A stretch of 63,627 nucleotides of DNA, the filler included, from an uncultured Myxococcia bacterium (GTDB lineage: Bacteria > CAZTWC01): the NCBI GenBank assembly GCA_964617105.1. It is 3 parts of 3 records of this genome, joined end to end, with 100 filler letters (N's around TTAATTAATTAA, not from the genome) between each part and the next. Parts side by side here need not be neighbours in the genome. Positions count along the whole stretch, not along the records: positions 24,605 to 48,980 come from CAZTWC010000021.1; 2 more parts are not named here. One strand, written 5' to 3'. The notes beneath the pieces are model-generated. The model made no database searches. It had not been told where the DNA came from and saw only the letters and a list, made by a program, of their open reading frames with translations. Within the stretch, counting starts at the first letter, position 1. The number at the start of each line of letters is the position of its first letter. Below are positions 31,931 through 43,252 of the stretch, piece by piece. Position numbers and translations under genes: made by a program.

Positions 31931-34531
31931 AATCGTATGTGCTTCCTCTACCAGTATTAATATTATTATTGGCAGCCGCGTCTATTTTTTGTTCCTGCCA
32001 GGTGGCGGATATACCTCCCAGGGCTAAAAATGGCGTATTGGATGCCAGAAGTTGGGATTTTTCCAGCCAGGGTGGAATTGAATTGAAGGGAGAGTGGAAA
32101 TTTGTCTGGCAGCAGGATGAAGAGCAATTCAAACAGCCTGATTATGACGATTCTACCTGGCAGAACTTTAAGGTGCCAGGATATTGGAACCACATTGCCG
32201 GCCAGGGACAGGGTTACGGATGGTTTCGGCTGAGGCTGAAACTGGCGTCTGCCACCTGGAAGCGAATACAGCAATATGGTTTTTTTCTTAAGCATGTTCA
32301 CAGCACTTATACATTATATATAAACGGCAGAAAATTTATGTCCGATGGTGTTTTCGGACAGGACCGTACAACCTCAACTCCCATTTACCAGGTCCGTCAA
32401 AAGTCTTTGGCAAAATTGTTCTATACTCAACCCCAGCCAAAAGAAAATCAGAGCTCCGAACTAGTGCTGGCCTTGCGGATCTCCAATTTTCATCACGCCC
32501 GGGGTGGAATATGGCAGGCCCCCAGGCTGGATATCTTCCAACGTTTGGAGCGGGAGAGGCAACTCGATGAGATTATAGATGCCATGGTGGTGGGTATTTT
32601 ACTGGTTATGGCCATCTACCATCTCTTGCTCTACTACTTGCGCCGCCAGGATGTGGCCAGCCTCTATTTCAGCCTTTTGTGCCTGTCTTTGTCCTGCTAT
32701 TTGATAGCCTACCACCCTTTTGGCAATATCTTATTTTCTTTGTCTACCTGGCGATTTAACTTAGGCTATTTCAGTATCCAGTTAGCCATACTGTCTCTCT
32801 GCTATTTTATATATCACCTCTTTCCCAGCCCTGTGGTCGGTAGGGTAAACAGATTTGTTCTGGGGTTCTTTCTGGTTTGCACCAGCATCATTTTTATAAC
32901 CGAACCCCTGTTTTTTACCGCCTATGTACTGGTCAACGAAACAGGAGCTGCGCTGGCTGTAGTCTGGTGCCTGTCAGTAAGCGTGCGGGCCATGGTGAAA
33001 AAGAGAGAGGGGGCGATAATAGTTTTTATTGGGCTGTTGGTCGGTCCCATATTAGTGCTCAACGATATTCTCCATACCCAACAGGTGATCACCAGTCAAT
33101 TAAGCGCTCCCTTTGGATTCTTGTTTTTTATTTTCACCCAATCCCTGGTGCTGTCTAACCTGTTTGCCAAAGCCCATAGGCGGAAGGAGCAATTGGGGGA
33201 GCAATTACAGCAAAAGATCAGGGAGCAGAGTACGGAATTGAATAGACACCGGATTCGGTTGGAGCAGTTGGTGGAGAAGAGAACCAATATGCTAAACCAG
33301 ACCAGTACCCGTTTGAAAGATGAATTGCAGGAAAGACGGCAGGCGGAAGATGAACTGAGAATAAGTGAACAGAAGCATTACCACCTTTTGGAAGCCATCC
33401 CCGATGTGGTGTACGAAATCGATGAGCAGGGAAATATTCTCTATATGAATAGGATAGCAGAAGAGGTCTTTCTCTGTCCGCTCGATCGCCTGGTGGGAGA
33501 AGATATCCGCCAGTTAATTCTGTAGATTTAACCTGCCAGAGCAAGAGTCCAAGAAAACCGGAATGATGACTGAACAGAAGGTATGCGGTTCGAAAAAAAA
33601 CCTGGAACTCGAGGTCGACCTCAAGTTACGGTTGAAGGTGATTGGAGATCTGACTGAAGAGGATAAGAAGGCAGGGATTAAAAAACCAGAATTTATCCAT
33701 GGGGAGATAAAGGCGGTTGGCTCGTACAGTTCCAAAAGAGAGGATGGCTTAAAGATTTTTAGATCTGTGGGGATCATTCGTGATATTACCAACCGTAAAA
33801 AGATGGAGCAAGAGGTCAAGAGAGCCTATCAAATTGAATCGGTAGGGGTACTGGCTGGTGGTATAGCCCATGATTTCAACAACTATTTGCAGAGTATAAT
33901 GGGCAACACCCAATTGGCCAAGATGATCTCCTCAACCAATGAAGATATTGTAAAAATGCTGGATGAAACCATGTTAGCCGCTCACTATGCCAAAGATTTG
34001 AGCCAGCAACTTCTAACCTTCTCAAAAGGGGGTTTACCTTTGAAAAGGGAGATATCTCTTTTTCTCTTTTTAAAGGATGCTGCCAATTTTGCGGCCAGTG
34101 GTTCAAAGACGAAGTGCACTTTTAATTTAAATAATGATCTATGGGAGGTAATGGGGGATCAAAATCAGTTGCAGCAGGTGATTCATAACCTGGTTCTCAA
34201 TGCTCAGCAGGCTATGCCGGATGGTGGTACTGTGGAGATAGAGGCGATAAATTATATTAAGGATGAAAATAGCAGGATTCCTCTGTCCGGCAAGTATAAT
34301 GTTATGGTTTCAGTCATTGACAGCGGAGTAGGGATTCCAGAGAAAATTCGTGACAAAATATTTTTTCCCTTTTTTACTACCAAGCAGAGCGGTCGAGGCT
34401 TGGGTTTGACCGTTGCCCAATCAATCATAAAAAATCATAGCGGTTTTTTAACGATAGAATCCTCTTCTGGAGAAGGTTCCACGTTTAGATTTTATTTACC
34501 CGCCTTAGTTTCAGCTGATCAGAATAGTTAA
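31912..34531 (+). pseudogene. 7TM-DISM-PAS histidine kinase split by a frameshift near 33516-33525 (ORFs 31912-33525 and 33563-34531)
   Basis: First ORF is ectodomain + 7TM + half of PAS; the next frame is open from 33518 and holds the rest of PAS, GGIAHDFNN and HATPase; collinear with the 27584 paralogue. Confidence 0.8.
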
Positions 34532-34543
34532 GGGAGCCCTAAG

Positions 34544-36145
34544 ATGGGAATGTCCGATTTTCAGATAAACCAGGTGGTAAAAGAGTTGGCCCTCCTGTGT
34601 CCATGCCAATTGGATAATGTTTACCAACCTCATCCCCGCCGCCTGTATCTACGGTTAAAATCGGGGAGGAAAAAGAGATTGCTGCTCATGGTGGTGCGGG
34701 AGAAGATGTCGCGTCTTCATCTGACCGCCATCCGTCCGGCCAATCCGGCCTCCCCCTTGGCTTTTCAGATGTTTTTACGCAAGCACCTATCGGGTGTTTC
34801 GCTTCAGGCGGTGGAAAAATATTCCCACGACCGGCTGGTTTCCTTGCAGTTTAAGAACCAAAAGAATTCCCGGGATTTCAATGCCGGGTTGACAAAAAAG
34901 TCTCCAGATATGGAGGCTCACATCTTACAGGTGGAATTGATCCCTCGGGGTAATATATTCGTGCTTGATTCTAACCGCAATATTGTCAATTCCATGTTGC
35001 CCACAGACCAAGAAGACCGGGATTTGGCTCCAGGTCAGAGATACCATGAACCGGCAGTTCCTCTTGCAGGCGGTCCAGGGCAGGAGAGAGGGAAAAATCA
35101 GATATCTCCTGACGCCACCAACCGTGACTTGGCACCTGTAGATATGGAGTGTGAACCATACCCGTATAATCGGGCTATGGAACTGTATTTTCAGCGACAA
35201 GAGGAAGTCGAGATATTTACCTCCAGGCGCTCAAAGTTGTTGAAAGTGCTAAAACAACGGATAAAAAAAATAGGCCGGAAGATTACCAGACTTGAAGCGG
35301 AGCGGAAAAAAACCGCTAATGCGGATACTTACCAACAATACGGTGAATTGCTAAAACCGCTGTTGGGCCGAATAAAGAGGGGCCAAAGAAGTGTTAGAGC
35401 CTTTAACTATTTTCAACCTCAGGAGGGAGAGATTGAGATCCCCTTGCAATTGGAATTAGACAGCCGGGAAAACCTTAACCGGTTTTTCAAATTAGCCAAA
35501 AAATATAAACGCGGCCGGGAGATGGTGGAGAAAAATTTAGAATCAACTAAAGAAGAGTTGAGAAAATTGACAATGATCAGAGATGAGATAACGGAGATTG
35601 CCAATAGAGAAAAATTATCTGAAATAGAGACGAAATATGCAATTCTCCTGAATGGGCTTGGGTTGGCGCAAACAGATCTGGGGAAAGCCCGGGGAAAAGC
35701 AACTTCGGGCCGGAGAGGAGAAGCCGGAGGGCAAAAGGGGAAAAGAGAGTGTTTCCACCTGTTTGAAAATAACTGCCAGCAGCGGATCATGGTGGGCAAA
35801 GGTGGGGCAGACAATGATAAATTGACTTTTTCCAAAGCCCGGGGAAATGATCTATGGCTTCATGTCCGGGGTTTTGCCGGCGCCCATGTAGTGATTCCCC
35901 AGGACAAGGAGAGGGAGATCTCTTCGGAAATCCTTTTGGACGCCGCTTACCTGGCCCTTAATTACAGTAAGGTAAAAGAGGGTGAAAAGGCAGAGGTACT
36001 CTATACCAGGTGCAAGTATGTAAAAAGAGCGAAAAGTGTAGGGCGAAAAACCACCGCGCCTGGTCGGGTATTGATTAGCCAGGAGAAAGTAATTTTTTTA
36101 ACCAAGGCTAAAAAACGACTGGAAAGATTGAAGCGGATAGGATAA
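34544..36145 (+). CDS. rqcH: NFACT/RqcH (FbpA-like) ribosome quality-control protein
   Basis: FQMFLRKHL, DRLVSL, ELIPRGN; NFACT-R domain VGKGGADNDKLT..DLWLHV..GAHV. Confidence 0.85.
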   Translation: MGMSDFQINQVVKELALLCPCQLDNVYQPHPRRLYLRLKSGRKKRLLLMVVREKMSRLHLTAIRPANPASPLAFQMFLRKHLSGVSLQAVEKYSHDRLVSLQFKNQKNSRDFNAGLTKKSPDMEAHILQVELIPRGNIFVLDSNRNIVNSMLPTDQEDRDLAPGQRYHEPAVPLAGGPGQERGKNQISPDATNRDLAPVDMECEPYPYNRAMELYFQRQEEVEIFTSRRSKLLKVLKQRIKKIGRKITRLEAERKKTANADTYQQYGELLKPLLGRIKRGQRSVRAFNYFQPQEGEIEIPLQLELDSRENLNRFFKLAKKYKRGREMVEKNLESTKEELRKLTMIRDEITEIANREKLSEIETKYAILLNGLGLAQTDLGKARGKATSGRRGEAGGQKGKRECFHLFENNCQQRIMVGKGGADNDKLTFSKARGNDLWLHVRGFAGAHVVIPQDKEREISSEILLDAAYLALNYSKVKEGEKAEVLYTRCKYVKRAKSVGRKTTAPGRVLISQEKVIFLTKAKKRLERLKRIG

Positions 36146-36189
36146 AATGAGTCCAATTAGGGAATAGATTTTAAGAGGAGAATTATCTT

Positions 36190-36669
36190 ATGCATTGCCG
36201 TTTTAGTATGATCGAAACTATGCGGGGATTACATCATTTTGTGGACAAGAGTTACGGGGATGTCGAAGACAAGAAATTCTATTTTAAAATTGATTGGGGG
36301 CAGGAATTATTCAAATTTATAAATCCCTTTTCTCCGGAGTTTATGCTCAATGAAGCAGAAGGCGTCATCTATGTTGAGGGCTTGACTGACGGAGAGATAG
36401 CCTGCCACGGCTCCCTGGAATTGAGTTACCTGTCGGAATACAAACTACGCTATAACCTTTACTTTGAGTATAACGGAGATAATTACTCCTATGTAGGAGA
36501 AAAGGTGGATGTTAAATTGTGGAAACCTATTAATCTGGTTAAAACCCACACCATTTGCTATGGAACTCTCTACGATCAACATCACCAGGTGATCTCCAAA
36601 TCTATTACGCACTTTGAGTTGGGGGATATGGTGTCGTTTTTAACTAGCCTACGGCTGAGATTACTATAA
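36190..36669 (+). CDS. Hypothetical protein
   Basis: 159-aa ORF with a strong AGGAG RBS. Confidence 0.7.
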   Translation: MHCRFSMIETMRGLHHFVDKSYGDVEDKKFYFKIDWGQELFKFINPFSPEFMLNEAEGVIYVEGLTDGEIACHGSLELSYLSEYKLRYNLYFEYNGDNYSYVGEKVDVKLWKPINLVKTHTICYGTLYDQHHQVISKSITHFELGDMVSFLTSLRLRLL

Positions 36670-36704
36670 ACGACCGCCGATAGCGGCACATCATACCACT
36701 TTTA

Positions 36705-38333
36705 TTATTTATTTTCCAAACAGAGATTTACCCAATTGGAGGGGCTTTCTTCGTTTGGGGTTGGTAGGCATTTGAAGCCAGTGGGACAATGACTATCCTG
36801 GCAGCAGGCTTTGACGCACTTTCCTTTGTAGCAGAGTCCACTTTTACACTCTTGGGAGTTTACTATTGAGCAGGGTTGGCCATAATCCTTAGTGCCAACT
36901 TCTTTAACACAGGCCATGGTAAAGGAGCGGTTGAGTCCACTAATCTGGCTGCAAGAAAATCCCGCCGGACAATCGCCGTCATAGCAGCACAAATCACCAC
37001 AAAAACCGCTACCGCCTCCTTGCCACCGAACACAAGTTTGGCTGGCGCAATCCATCTGACTGGTGCAACTGGAACCAGTGCTACCATAACCCAGGGGTAT
37101 ATTGCAGAGATTTAGCAATCTGGCCGTAGTGGATATACCAATCTGAGACCAGATACATTGCAGCCCGCTGCAGTTGGAGTTGGTGCAGCAGGATGCCAGG
37201 CATCTATTTTTGTTAGTGTCACAAATATTGGACTTGCAGTGGTTTTGCTGGGCAGAACAGGCGCCTCCGGCCGGAGTGGTAAATTTAATAGAGGGGGGGA
37301 AGATACGTTCTGGCAAACAAAAATTTAGGCCATTGTGAAGTATGCAACCAAAGTTGCTGGGGCATTCATTCTCATGACAGCAGGATTTGGTGCAGATAGC
37401 ATACTCCTGTTGCATCACTGCCAGTCGCAGGCAGGTTTCGCTGCTACACTCCTGGTGAGTAGTACAATCCTGACCTAAATTTTTTATTCCCGTCTCTAAG
37501 CACCGGCCGCTGGCCTGGTTGCAGGTTTTTCCGGTTGGGCAGGAGGAGTTCAGGCAGCCGTTGGCGCAACTGTTGTTTTGACAGATAGTATAGGGAGGAT
37601 TGCACTCCTGGTCGGTGGTGCAGCCTTGACCTTCACAGCGTCCATCTTGGCCGCAGACACCGGTGGCGCAGCCAGTGAGTGAACAGGAGGGCAGACATCT
37701 GCTATTGGGATCGTTGAAGCCGCCTTTGGTATAGCAATTATAATCTACCAGGCAATCTTTGTCGGTGTTGCAGTAGTTGTTGGGATAGCACCGGCCCGAG
37801 GTTAAATCGCACTCCCGTCCAATACCGCAGGAACCCTGTGAACATCCCGGTTCGCATAAAAGATTTTCACATATTGTTTTGGGAGGGTGGCAGTTTTGGT
37901 CGGTGGTGCATTTACATACACTACCCAGGGGGCACTTTGGTTCAGAGGTGGTTTCATCCTTAAGACACTTGCCGCTGGCCGGGTCACATTTTTCCCCTGA
38001 CCCACATTGCTGCGCTTCACAATTAAACACACATATGCCACCCTGGCAGATTTGCCCCTTTAATATGCAATCAGAGTCTTGAGTGCAGCCTACAACCTCT
38101 AGGCACAGTCCGCTCTCCTGGTCGCATTTTTTACTGCTGGGACAACCTTCCACCAACCTGGAGCAGTGATTTTGGCAAAATCCTTCATGGCAGAATTGTC
38201 CATTTAGACACTGGTAATCAGTGGTGCACTTTTTCCCCGTGCCGGAACGGGAAGGGGCATCTCCATTGGAACAGGCCCAAAAGATTAGAGTTAATCCAAT
38301 AACCATGATGGCAATATGTAAAATTGTTTTCAT
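36705..38333 (-). CDS. Cysteine-rich repeat lipoprotein
   Basis: Lipobox FWAC; 79 Cys in 542 aa (manual count) in repeated CxxDxxC modules. Confidence 0.85.
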   Translation of the reverse strand: MKTILHIAIMVIGLTLIFWACSNGDAPSRSGTGKKCTTDYQCLNGQFCHEGFCQNHCSRLVEGCPSSKKCDQESGLCLEVVGCTQDSDCILKGQICQGGICVFNCEAQQCGSGEKCDPASGKCLKDETTSEPKCPLGSVCKCTTDQNCHPPKTICENLLCEPGCSQGSCGIGRECDLTSGRCYPNNYCNTDKDCLVDYNCYTKGGFNDPNSRCLPSCSLTGCATGVCGQDGRCEGQGCTTDQECNPPYTICQNNSCANGCLNSSCPTGKTCNQASGRCLETGIKNLGQDCTTHQECSSETCLRLAVMQQEYAICTKSCCHENECPSNFGCILHNGLNFCLPERIFPPSIKFTTPAGGACSAQQNHCKSNICDTNKNRCLASCCTNSNCSGLQCIWSQIGISTTARLLNLCNIPLGYGSTGSSCTSQMDCASQTCVRWQGGGSGFCGDLCCYDGDCPAGFSCSQISGLNRSFTMACVKEVGTKDYGQPCSIVNSQECKSGLCYKGKCVKACCQDSHCPTGFKCLPTPNEESPSNWVNLCLENK

Positions 38334-38551
38334 AACATTAATATAAATAACAGATGTTCATCAGAGATACAAGAGGGGAGCATCGGATCATTGCAAATTA
38401 TTCCTCTTCTACCCTTGACAAATGCCAAATTATGATTATCTTCTTTGGTGAAACCTATATGGTAACCGCCCGAGAATTCACTTCGTCGCAGAAGGTGGTT
38501 TTCGGATGGAAAAGATGATAATTAATGAACTCGTTTCAAATGGAGGATATT

Positions 38552-40483
38552 ATGGGTAAGATTATCGGAATAGATTTGGGTACAACCAATTCAGTGGTGG
38601 CGGTAATGGAGGGGAAAGAACCAAAGGTGATTACCAACCAGGAGGGAGGCCGGACCACCCCTTCGGTTGTCGCCTATACTGATGATGGCGAGATCTTAGC
38701 CGGGCAAGTGGCTAAAAGGCAGGCCATCACCAACCCTGACAATACTATTTATTCCATCAAGAGGTTTATGGGTCGTAAGCATAACGAAGTCAAGGAGGAG
38801 ACTGGTATTGTCCCTTACAAAGTGGTTGCTGCAGGTAATAACGATGTAGTGGTGGATATTAAAGGAAAAACTCACTCCCCGCCCGAAATTTTTGCTAAAA
38901 TTTTGCAGAAATTAAAAACCGCGGCTGAAGATTATTTGGGCCAAAAAGTGGCTGATGCGGTTATTACTGTACCGGCTTATTTTAACGACAGCCAGCGTCA
39001 GGCTACCAAAGATGCCGGTAAGATAGCAGGTTTAAATGTTAAGAGAATCGTCAATGAGCCCACTGCAGCGGCGTTGGCCTATGGGCGGGATAAGAAAAAA
39101 GATGAGTATGTTGCAGTATTTGATTTTGGCGGCGGCACCTTTGATATTTCCATTCTGGAGGTGAGCGAGAACGTGGTGCAGGTGGTTTCCACCAACGGCG
39201 ATACCCACCTGGGCGGTGATAATATCGACCAGCGGATTATCGAGTATTTAACCGAAGAGTTTAAAAAAGATCAGGGAATAGATGTAACCAAAGACAAGAT
39301 GGTCTTGCAGCGACTCAAAGAGGCAGCTGAAAAAGCCAAAATCGAACTCTCCTCTGCCATGGAAACCGATATCAATTTGCCTTTTTTAACGGCAGATGCC
39401 TCTGGCCCCAAACACATGAACATTAAGATGACCCGGGCTAAGTTGGAATCGTTGATGGAAGATCTGATTAATCGGACTTTGGAACCCTGCCGGCAAGCCC
39501 TTAAGGATGCCAACAAGAATCCCAACGAGATCGATGAAGTGATTTTGGTGGGAGGCTCCACCCGTATTCCCAAAGTGTTGGCAGAGGTAAAGAAGTTTTT
39601 TGGCAAGGAGCCTCACAAGGGTGTCAACCCTGATGAGGTGGTGGCCATGGGGGCGGCGGTTCAGGCTGGAGTTCTCTCTGGTGAGGTGAAAGACCTGCTG
39701 CTTTTGGATGTGACCCCGCTTTCTCTGGGTATCGAAACCTTGGGCGGTGTGATGACTTCCCTGATCCAACGGAATACCACCATTCCTACCAAGAAAGGTG
39801 AGATATTTTCAACTGCCGCAGACAACCAAACCTCAGTAGAGGTACACGTATTACAGGGCGAGCGGCCCATGGCCAGGGACAATCGTACCTTAGGACGTTT
39901 TCATCTTGATGGAATTCCACCGGCACCCCGAGGAATGCCCCAGGTGGAGGTAGCCTTTGACATCGATGCTAACGGTATTGTAAATGTCAGCGCTGTGGAT
40001 AAAGCCACCAACAAGGAACAGCATATCACTATCACTGCTTCCAGTGGTTTGGACGATAAAGAGATAGACCAATTGGTGAAAGATGCCCAGGAGCATGAGG
40101 CGGATGATCTGAAGAAAAAAGAGGAGGTGGAGGTAAAAAACAATGCCGACACTTTGATATACTCGATAGAGAAAAATCTAGGAGAGCACAAAGACAAACT
40201 GGATGCCGATACCATAAGTAATATCGAGAAAGCTATGGAAGATGCCAAAAAGGCAGTGTCCGGCGGCAATGTTGATGAGATCAAAACTGCAATAGAGAAT
40301 TTAACTAAGGCTTCCCACAAAATGGCCGAAATTATGTACCAGCAGAGTGCACCTCCTCCGGGAGCAGAAGGCGCAGGTCCGGGAGCACCAGGCCAAGATG
40401 CCGACCAACCCGGCGAAGATGTTCCGCCTCCCCCAAAAAGTGATCCGGGGGTAGTGGACGCCGAGTACGAAGAAGCCAACTAA
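38552..40483 (+). CDS. dnaK: Chaperone DnaK
   Basis: [51 protein letters not shown]. Confidence 0.98.
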   Translation: MGKIIGIDLGTTNSVVAVMEGKEPKVITNQEGGRTTPSVVAYTDDGEILAGQVAKRQAITNPDNTIYSIKRFMGRKHNEVKEETGIVPYKVVAAGNNDVVVDIKGKTHSPPEIFAKILQKLKTAAEDYLGQKVADAVITVPAYFNDSQRQATKDAGKIAGLNVKRIVNEPTAAALAYGRDKKKDEYVAVFDFGGGTFDISILEVSENVVQVVSTNGDTHLGGDNIDQRIIEYLTEEFKKDQGIDVTKDKMVLQRLKEAAEKAKIELSSAMETDINLPFLTADASGPKHMNIKMTRAKLESLMEDLINRTLEPCRQALKDANKNPNEIDEVILVGGSTRIPKVLAEVKKFFGKEPHKGVNPDEVVAMGAAVQAGVLSGEVKDLLLLDVTPLSLGIETLGGVMTSLIQRNTTIPTKKGEIFSTAADNQTSVEVHVLQGERPMARDNRTLGRFHLDGIPPAPRGMPQVEVAFDIDANGIVNVSAVDKATNKEQHITITASSGLDDKEIDQLVKDAQEHEADDLKKKEEVEVKNNADTLIYSIEKNLGEHKDKLDADTISNIEKAMEDAKKAVSGGNVDEIKTAIENLTKASHKMAEIMYQQSAPPPGAEGAGPGAPGQDADQPGEDVPPPPKSDPGVVDAEYEEAN

Positions 40484-40606
40484 GAATTCGGATGCATCTT
40501 CACCAGCTAGGCGCCGGCTCAAAAATTATCCTCGGAGTATTATTTATACACCTTGCGGTAATTTTTGAGCCGGCGCCTAGCTGGTGAAGCGCCTCCAAAT
40601 TCTTAG
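40480..40606. repeat. Palindromic REP/MITE-like element between convergent dnaK and the Crp-family gene
   Basis: Perfect 31-bp inverted repeat 40498-40528 / 40559-40589 (CTTCACCAGCTAGGCGCCGGCTCAAAAATTA) with imperfect outer arms CTAAGAATT../..AATTCTTAG. Confidence 0.85.
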
Positions 40607-40630
40607 TGCCCCTCCAAATTTTTCCTGAAT

Positions 40631-41314
40631 CTAATACTCTTCCAGGATCATGGTTTTGTGGATGATGATGTTTTTGCCGGAGATGGTGATATGACCTTTT
40701 TGGGCTAAATCTTTCAAGGCCCGGCTAACGGTTTCCCTGGAAGAGCCTACCATGGCTGAAATCTCTTGATGGGTGGGGCGGTTTTCAATAAGCACGCCCC
40801 CCATTATAGGTTTGCCGTGATCACGAGCCATCTGGAGCAAAATATGTCCCACCCGGCCATAAACATCCAGTAAAACCAGGTTGCCGATTTTCTCATCTGC
40901 CTGGCGTAATCTCTTACACAACTTTTCAAGCAAAGAGAGGGTGATTAAGGGATGTTGCAACAGGTGGCTTTTAAACACCTTTCTTTCCAGCACCAGTATG
41001 GTGGATTCTTCAGCAGCCATCACGTTGGCGGAACGGGGTTTACCGTCTAAAAGGGACATTTCACCAAAAAAATCGTTGGCATTCAAGATAGACAAAACTA
41101 TCTCCTTGCCGTTTTCTCCGTACAGAACAACCTTTACCCGCCCCTTGATAATTAAAAACAGTGCATCTCCCTTACTGTATTGTCTGAGGATCAATTCTCC
41201 CCGGTTGTAGCGGCGGCTGATAAAAAGACTCAGCAGAGATTGTAAATCCTGGTCATCAAGATTTTTAAACAGGGATATTTTTTTTAAGATATTTATTTGA
41301 TCGATTTGGCTCAT
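40631..41314 (-). CDS. Crp/Fnr-family cNMP-binding transcription regulator
   Basis: FFGEMSLLDGKPRSA; HTH THQEISAMVGSSRETVSR. Confidence 0.92.
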   Translation of the reverse strand: MSQIDQINILKKISLFKNLDDQDLQSLLSLFISRRYNRGELILRQYSKGDALFLIIKGRVKVVLYGENGKEIVLSILNANDFFGEMSLLDGKPRSANVMAAEESTILVLERKVFKSHLLQHPLITLSLLEKLCKRLRQADEKIGNLVLLDVYGRVGHILLQMARDHGKPIMGGVLIENRPTHQEISAMVGSSRETVSRALKDLAQKGHITISGKNIIIHKTMILEEY

Positions 41315-41321
41315 TGGTTAT

Positions 41322-42245
41322 CTACTTGACAAGATATTTTTTTAAAAGCGGGTCTTTTTTCATCTGTGTGATTATTGATTGCAGATCCGGGTCCTGGTTA
41401 ATGTTTTGCACGTCAATATACCCATTTAAGAGGGAAATTTTTAAAAACTGAATAGCCATCCCAGACTTGTCCATTAAAGCATAAATACAGGCTAAATTGT
41501 AGTAAGCATCAGGAAAGTCGGGGTCAATATCCAAGCTTTTTTTATACCACTTTTCCGCCTTTTTCAACTCCTTGCGGGCGTAGAAGGTGACGCCAACGCC
41601 ATTATACGCTTCTACCCGAGCCGGATTTATTTGGATGACTTTGATAAACAGTTTCCTGGCTCGTTCGAAATATCCTTCCGATAGATAGTTGCCCGCTTCC
41701 TGCATTAAAATCTCTTGCTCAGTGCTTTTAATTTTATAATTCAAGGGATTGTAATGCTCTTTCCCGGGCTCGGTTCGTCCTTTTTTGCCCAGGTCCACGG
41801 CCATTTCCAGGGTATTGGCTTTTAAACTCTTAGTTTTTTTACCACTTTTTTGCGCTCTTTGTTTGGTCAGAATAACACTCTTCTGCCGTTTTAGTTTCAA
41901 AGGGCATTTTGAACTTATGGCGCCTTTAAATTTTTTACCATTTTTTCCCAAAATCAGTAATATAAAGTGCCATTGTGAGCCCCCAGGGCATTTTTTTTGC
42001 AGGCAAACCCTCATTTTTCCAGATAATGTATCTTCCTCTATGGTGCCCTGCAACACCTTAACCCCTTTTTTAAAGGGACAAAGATGGCTATCTTGGAGTA
42101 GTGTTCCTTCTACCTTATTACCATTTATTTTCAGAGAAATAGCCCCCAATTCCCATGACCAGGCGCCTTCTATTTTCTCCTGATCAGCCATAGCGCCCCC
42201 AACCGTCAGGCAAATAAACAGGAGATAGGAAAATAATTTTATCAT
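41322..42245 (-). CDS. Exported TPR-repeat protein
   Basis: Signal peptide; TPR motifs AYNGVGVTFY and AYYNLACIYA. Confidence 0.8.
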   Translation of the reverse strand: MIKLFSYLLFICLTVGGAMADQEKIEGAWSWELGAISLKINGNKVEGTLLQDSHLCPFKKGVKVLQGTIEEDTLSGKMRVCLQKKCPGGSQWHFILLILGKNGKKFKGAISSKCPLKLKRQKSVILTKQRAQKSGKKTKSLKANTLEMAVDLGKKGRTEPGKEHYNPLNYKIKSTEQEILMQEAGNYLSEGYFERARKLFIKVIQINPARVEAYNGVGVTFYARKELKKAEKWYKKSLDIDPDFPDAYYNLACIYALMDKSGMAIQFLKISLLNGYIDVQNINQDPDLQSIITQMKKDPLLKKYLVK

Positions 42246-42246
42246 G

Positions 42247-43173
42247 TTAACTGCAAACCCTGTCACCACCATCCATTTTAGCTTTGCGCAGAGCCTTGGT
42301 AGCCTGTAATATCATGTTGCTAAAACTCAAATCTTTGGGATCGTCCATACCAGCCACGCCCAGGGAAACTTTTACCTGTATAGAGACACCTTCCCGTTGA
42401 AAAATAGCCTTTTTCATTGCTGTCCGTAATCGTTCGGCACAATTGATAGTCCCCTCCAGGCCGGTATGAGGAAGAACTATCATTACGTTTTCTTCTGAAT
42501 AGGAAACTGGCAGGTCAACATCCCTGATCTGCTTGGTTATCAGCAGTGAAAGACCGCCAAACAGTTGGTGGCAGATATTGCGGGGATATTTCTCTTGCAA
42601 GTTGCGGAAATTATCATAGGAAAGCAGAAGCAGGGAGAAAGGATACCGGTAACGGCGGGCACGCTTGATTTCGATTATCAAATACTTTTTAAGATATTTA
42701 AAGCGGTAGAAATTGGTTTTGGGATCAATAATTTCCAGGTCTTCCACATTTTGGCTGGAGGATTTTATTTGATTTTCCAGGGTATGCACATATTCCCGCA
42801 GTCCCTTGATGGTTATCATGTCTCGGATGCTGTTGATCAGGGTGGAATATTTCAAAGGAAAGACCAAAAAAGTGTCGACACCGGCTTTAAGGGAGTTCAA
42901 TTCATTTTGTTCATCTTCCTGGTTGTAGATGATTATTATGGGGATAAAGGTTTCTGTGCAGCGTTTGAGTTGGTTTATCCCGTTAATATCCAGGTCTTCA
43001 ACTCTTTCCACCGAAACCAGCACTACATCAGGGTTAAAAGAGGTAATTGTTTCAATCCCATTTTTCAGGGAATTGGTCATCATGGATTTGAAATTAGCCT
43101 GGTCCAGATATTTCATGATGTTAGCGGAGGAATTTAAATAGGTGGCAATAAACAGTATCTTTTCATCAGCCAT
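42247..43173 (-). CDS. Atypical REC domain plus degenerate GGDEF domain
   Basis: DPKTNFY..EIKRARRY..IRDVD..YSEEN (replaces GGDEF)..AKMDGGDRV; REC lacks canonical acidic residues. Confidence 0.75.
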   Translation of the reverse strand: MADEKILFIATYLNSSANIMKYLDQANFKSMMTNSLKNGIETITSFNPDVVLVSVERVEDLDINGINQLKRCTETFIPIIIIYNQEDEQNELNSLKAGVDTFLVFPLKYSTLINSIRDMITIKGLREYVHTLENQIKSSSQNVEDLEIIDPKTNFYRFKYLKKYLIIEIKRARRYRYPFSLLLLSYDNFRNLQEKYPRNICHQLFGGLSLLITKQIRDVDLPVSYSEENVMIVLPHTGLEGTINCAERLRTAMKKAIFQREGVSIQVKVSLGVAGMDDPKDLSFSNMILQATKALRKAKMDGGDRVCS

Positions 43174-43252
43174 ATTCGCCCCTTAGTTTATTATGGTATA
43201 CCAATCCCCCTAAGCACATTGTTCTTTAGTTTGCTATAACTATGCAGGAGTG

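Noticed and set aside
33523-33531. Pyrrolysine or amber read-through of the kinase TAG
   Set aside because: An in-frame TAA follows one codon later; the continuation is in another frame
38400-38551. CIRCE operator or RNA thermometer upstream of dnaK
   Set aside because: No TTAGCACTC-N9-GAGTGCTAA and no convincing SD-occluding hairpin; only a TTGACA -35-like box
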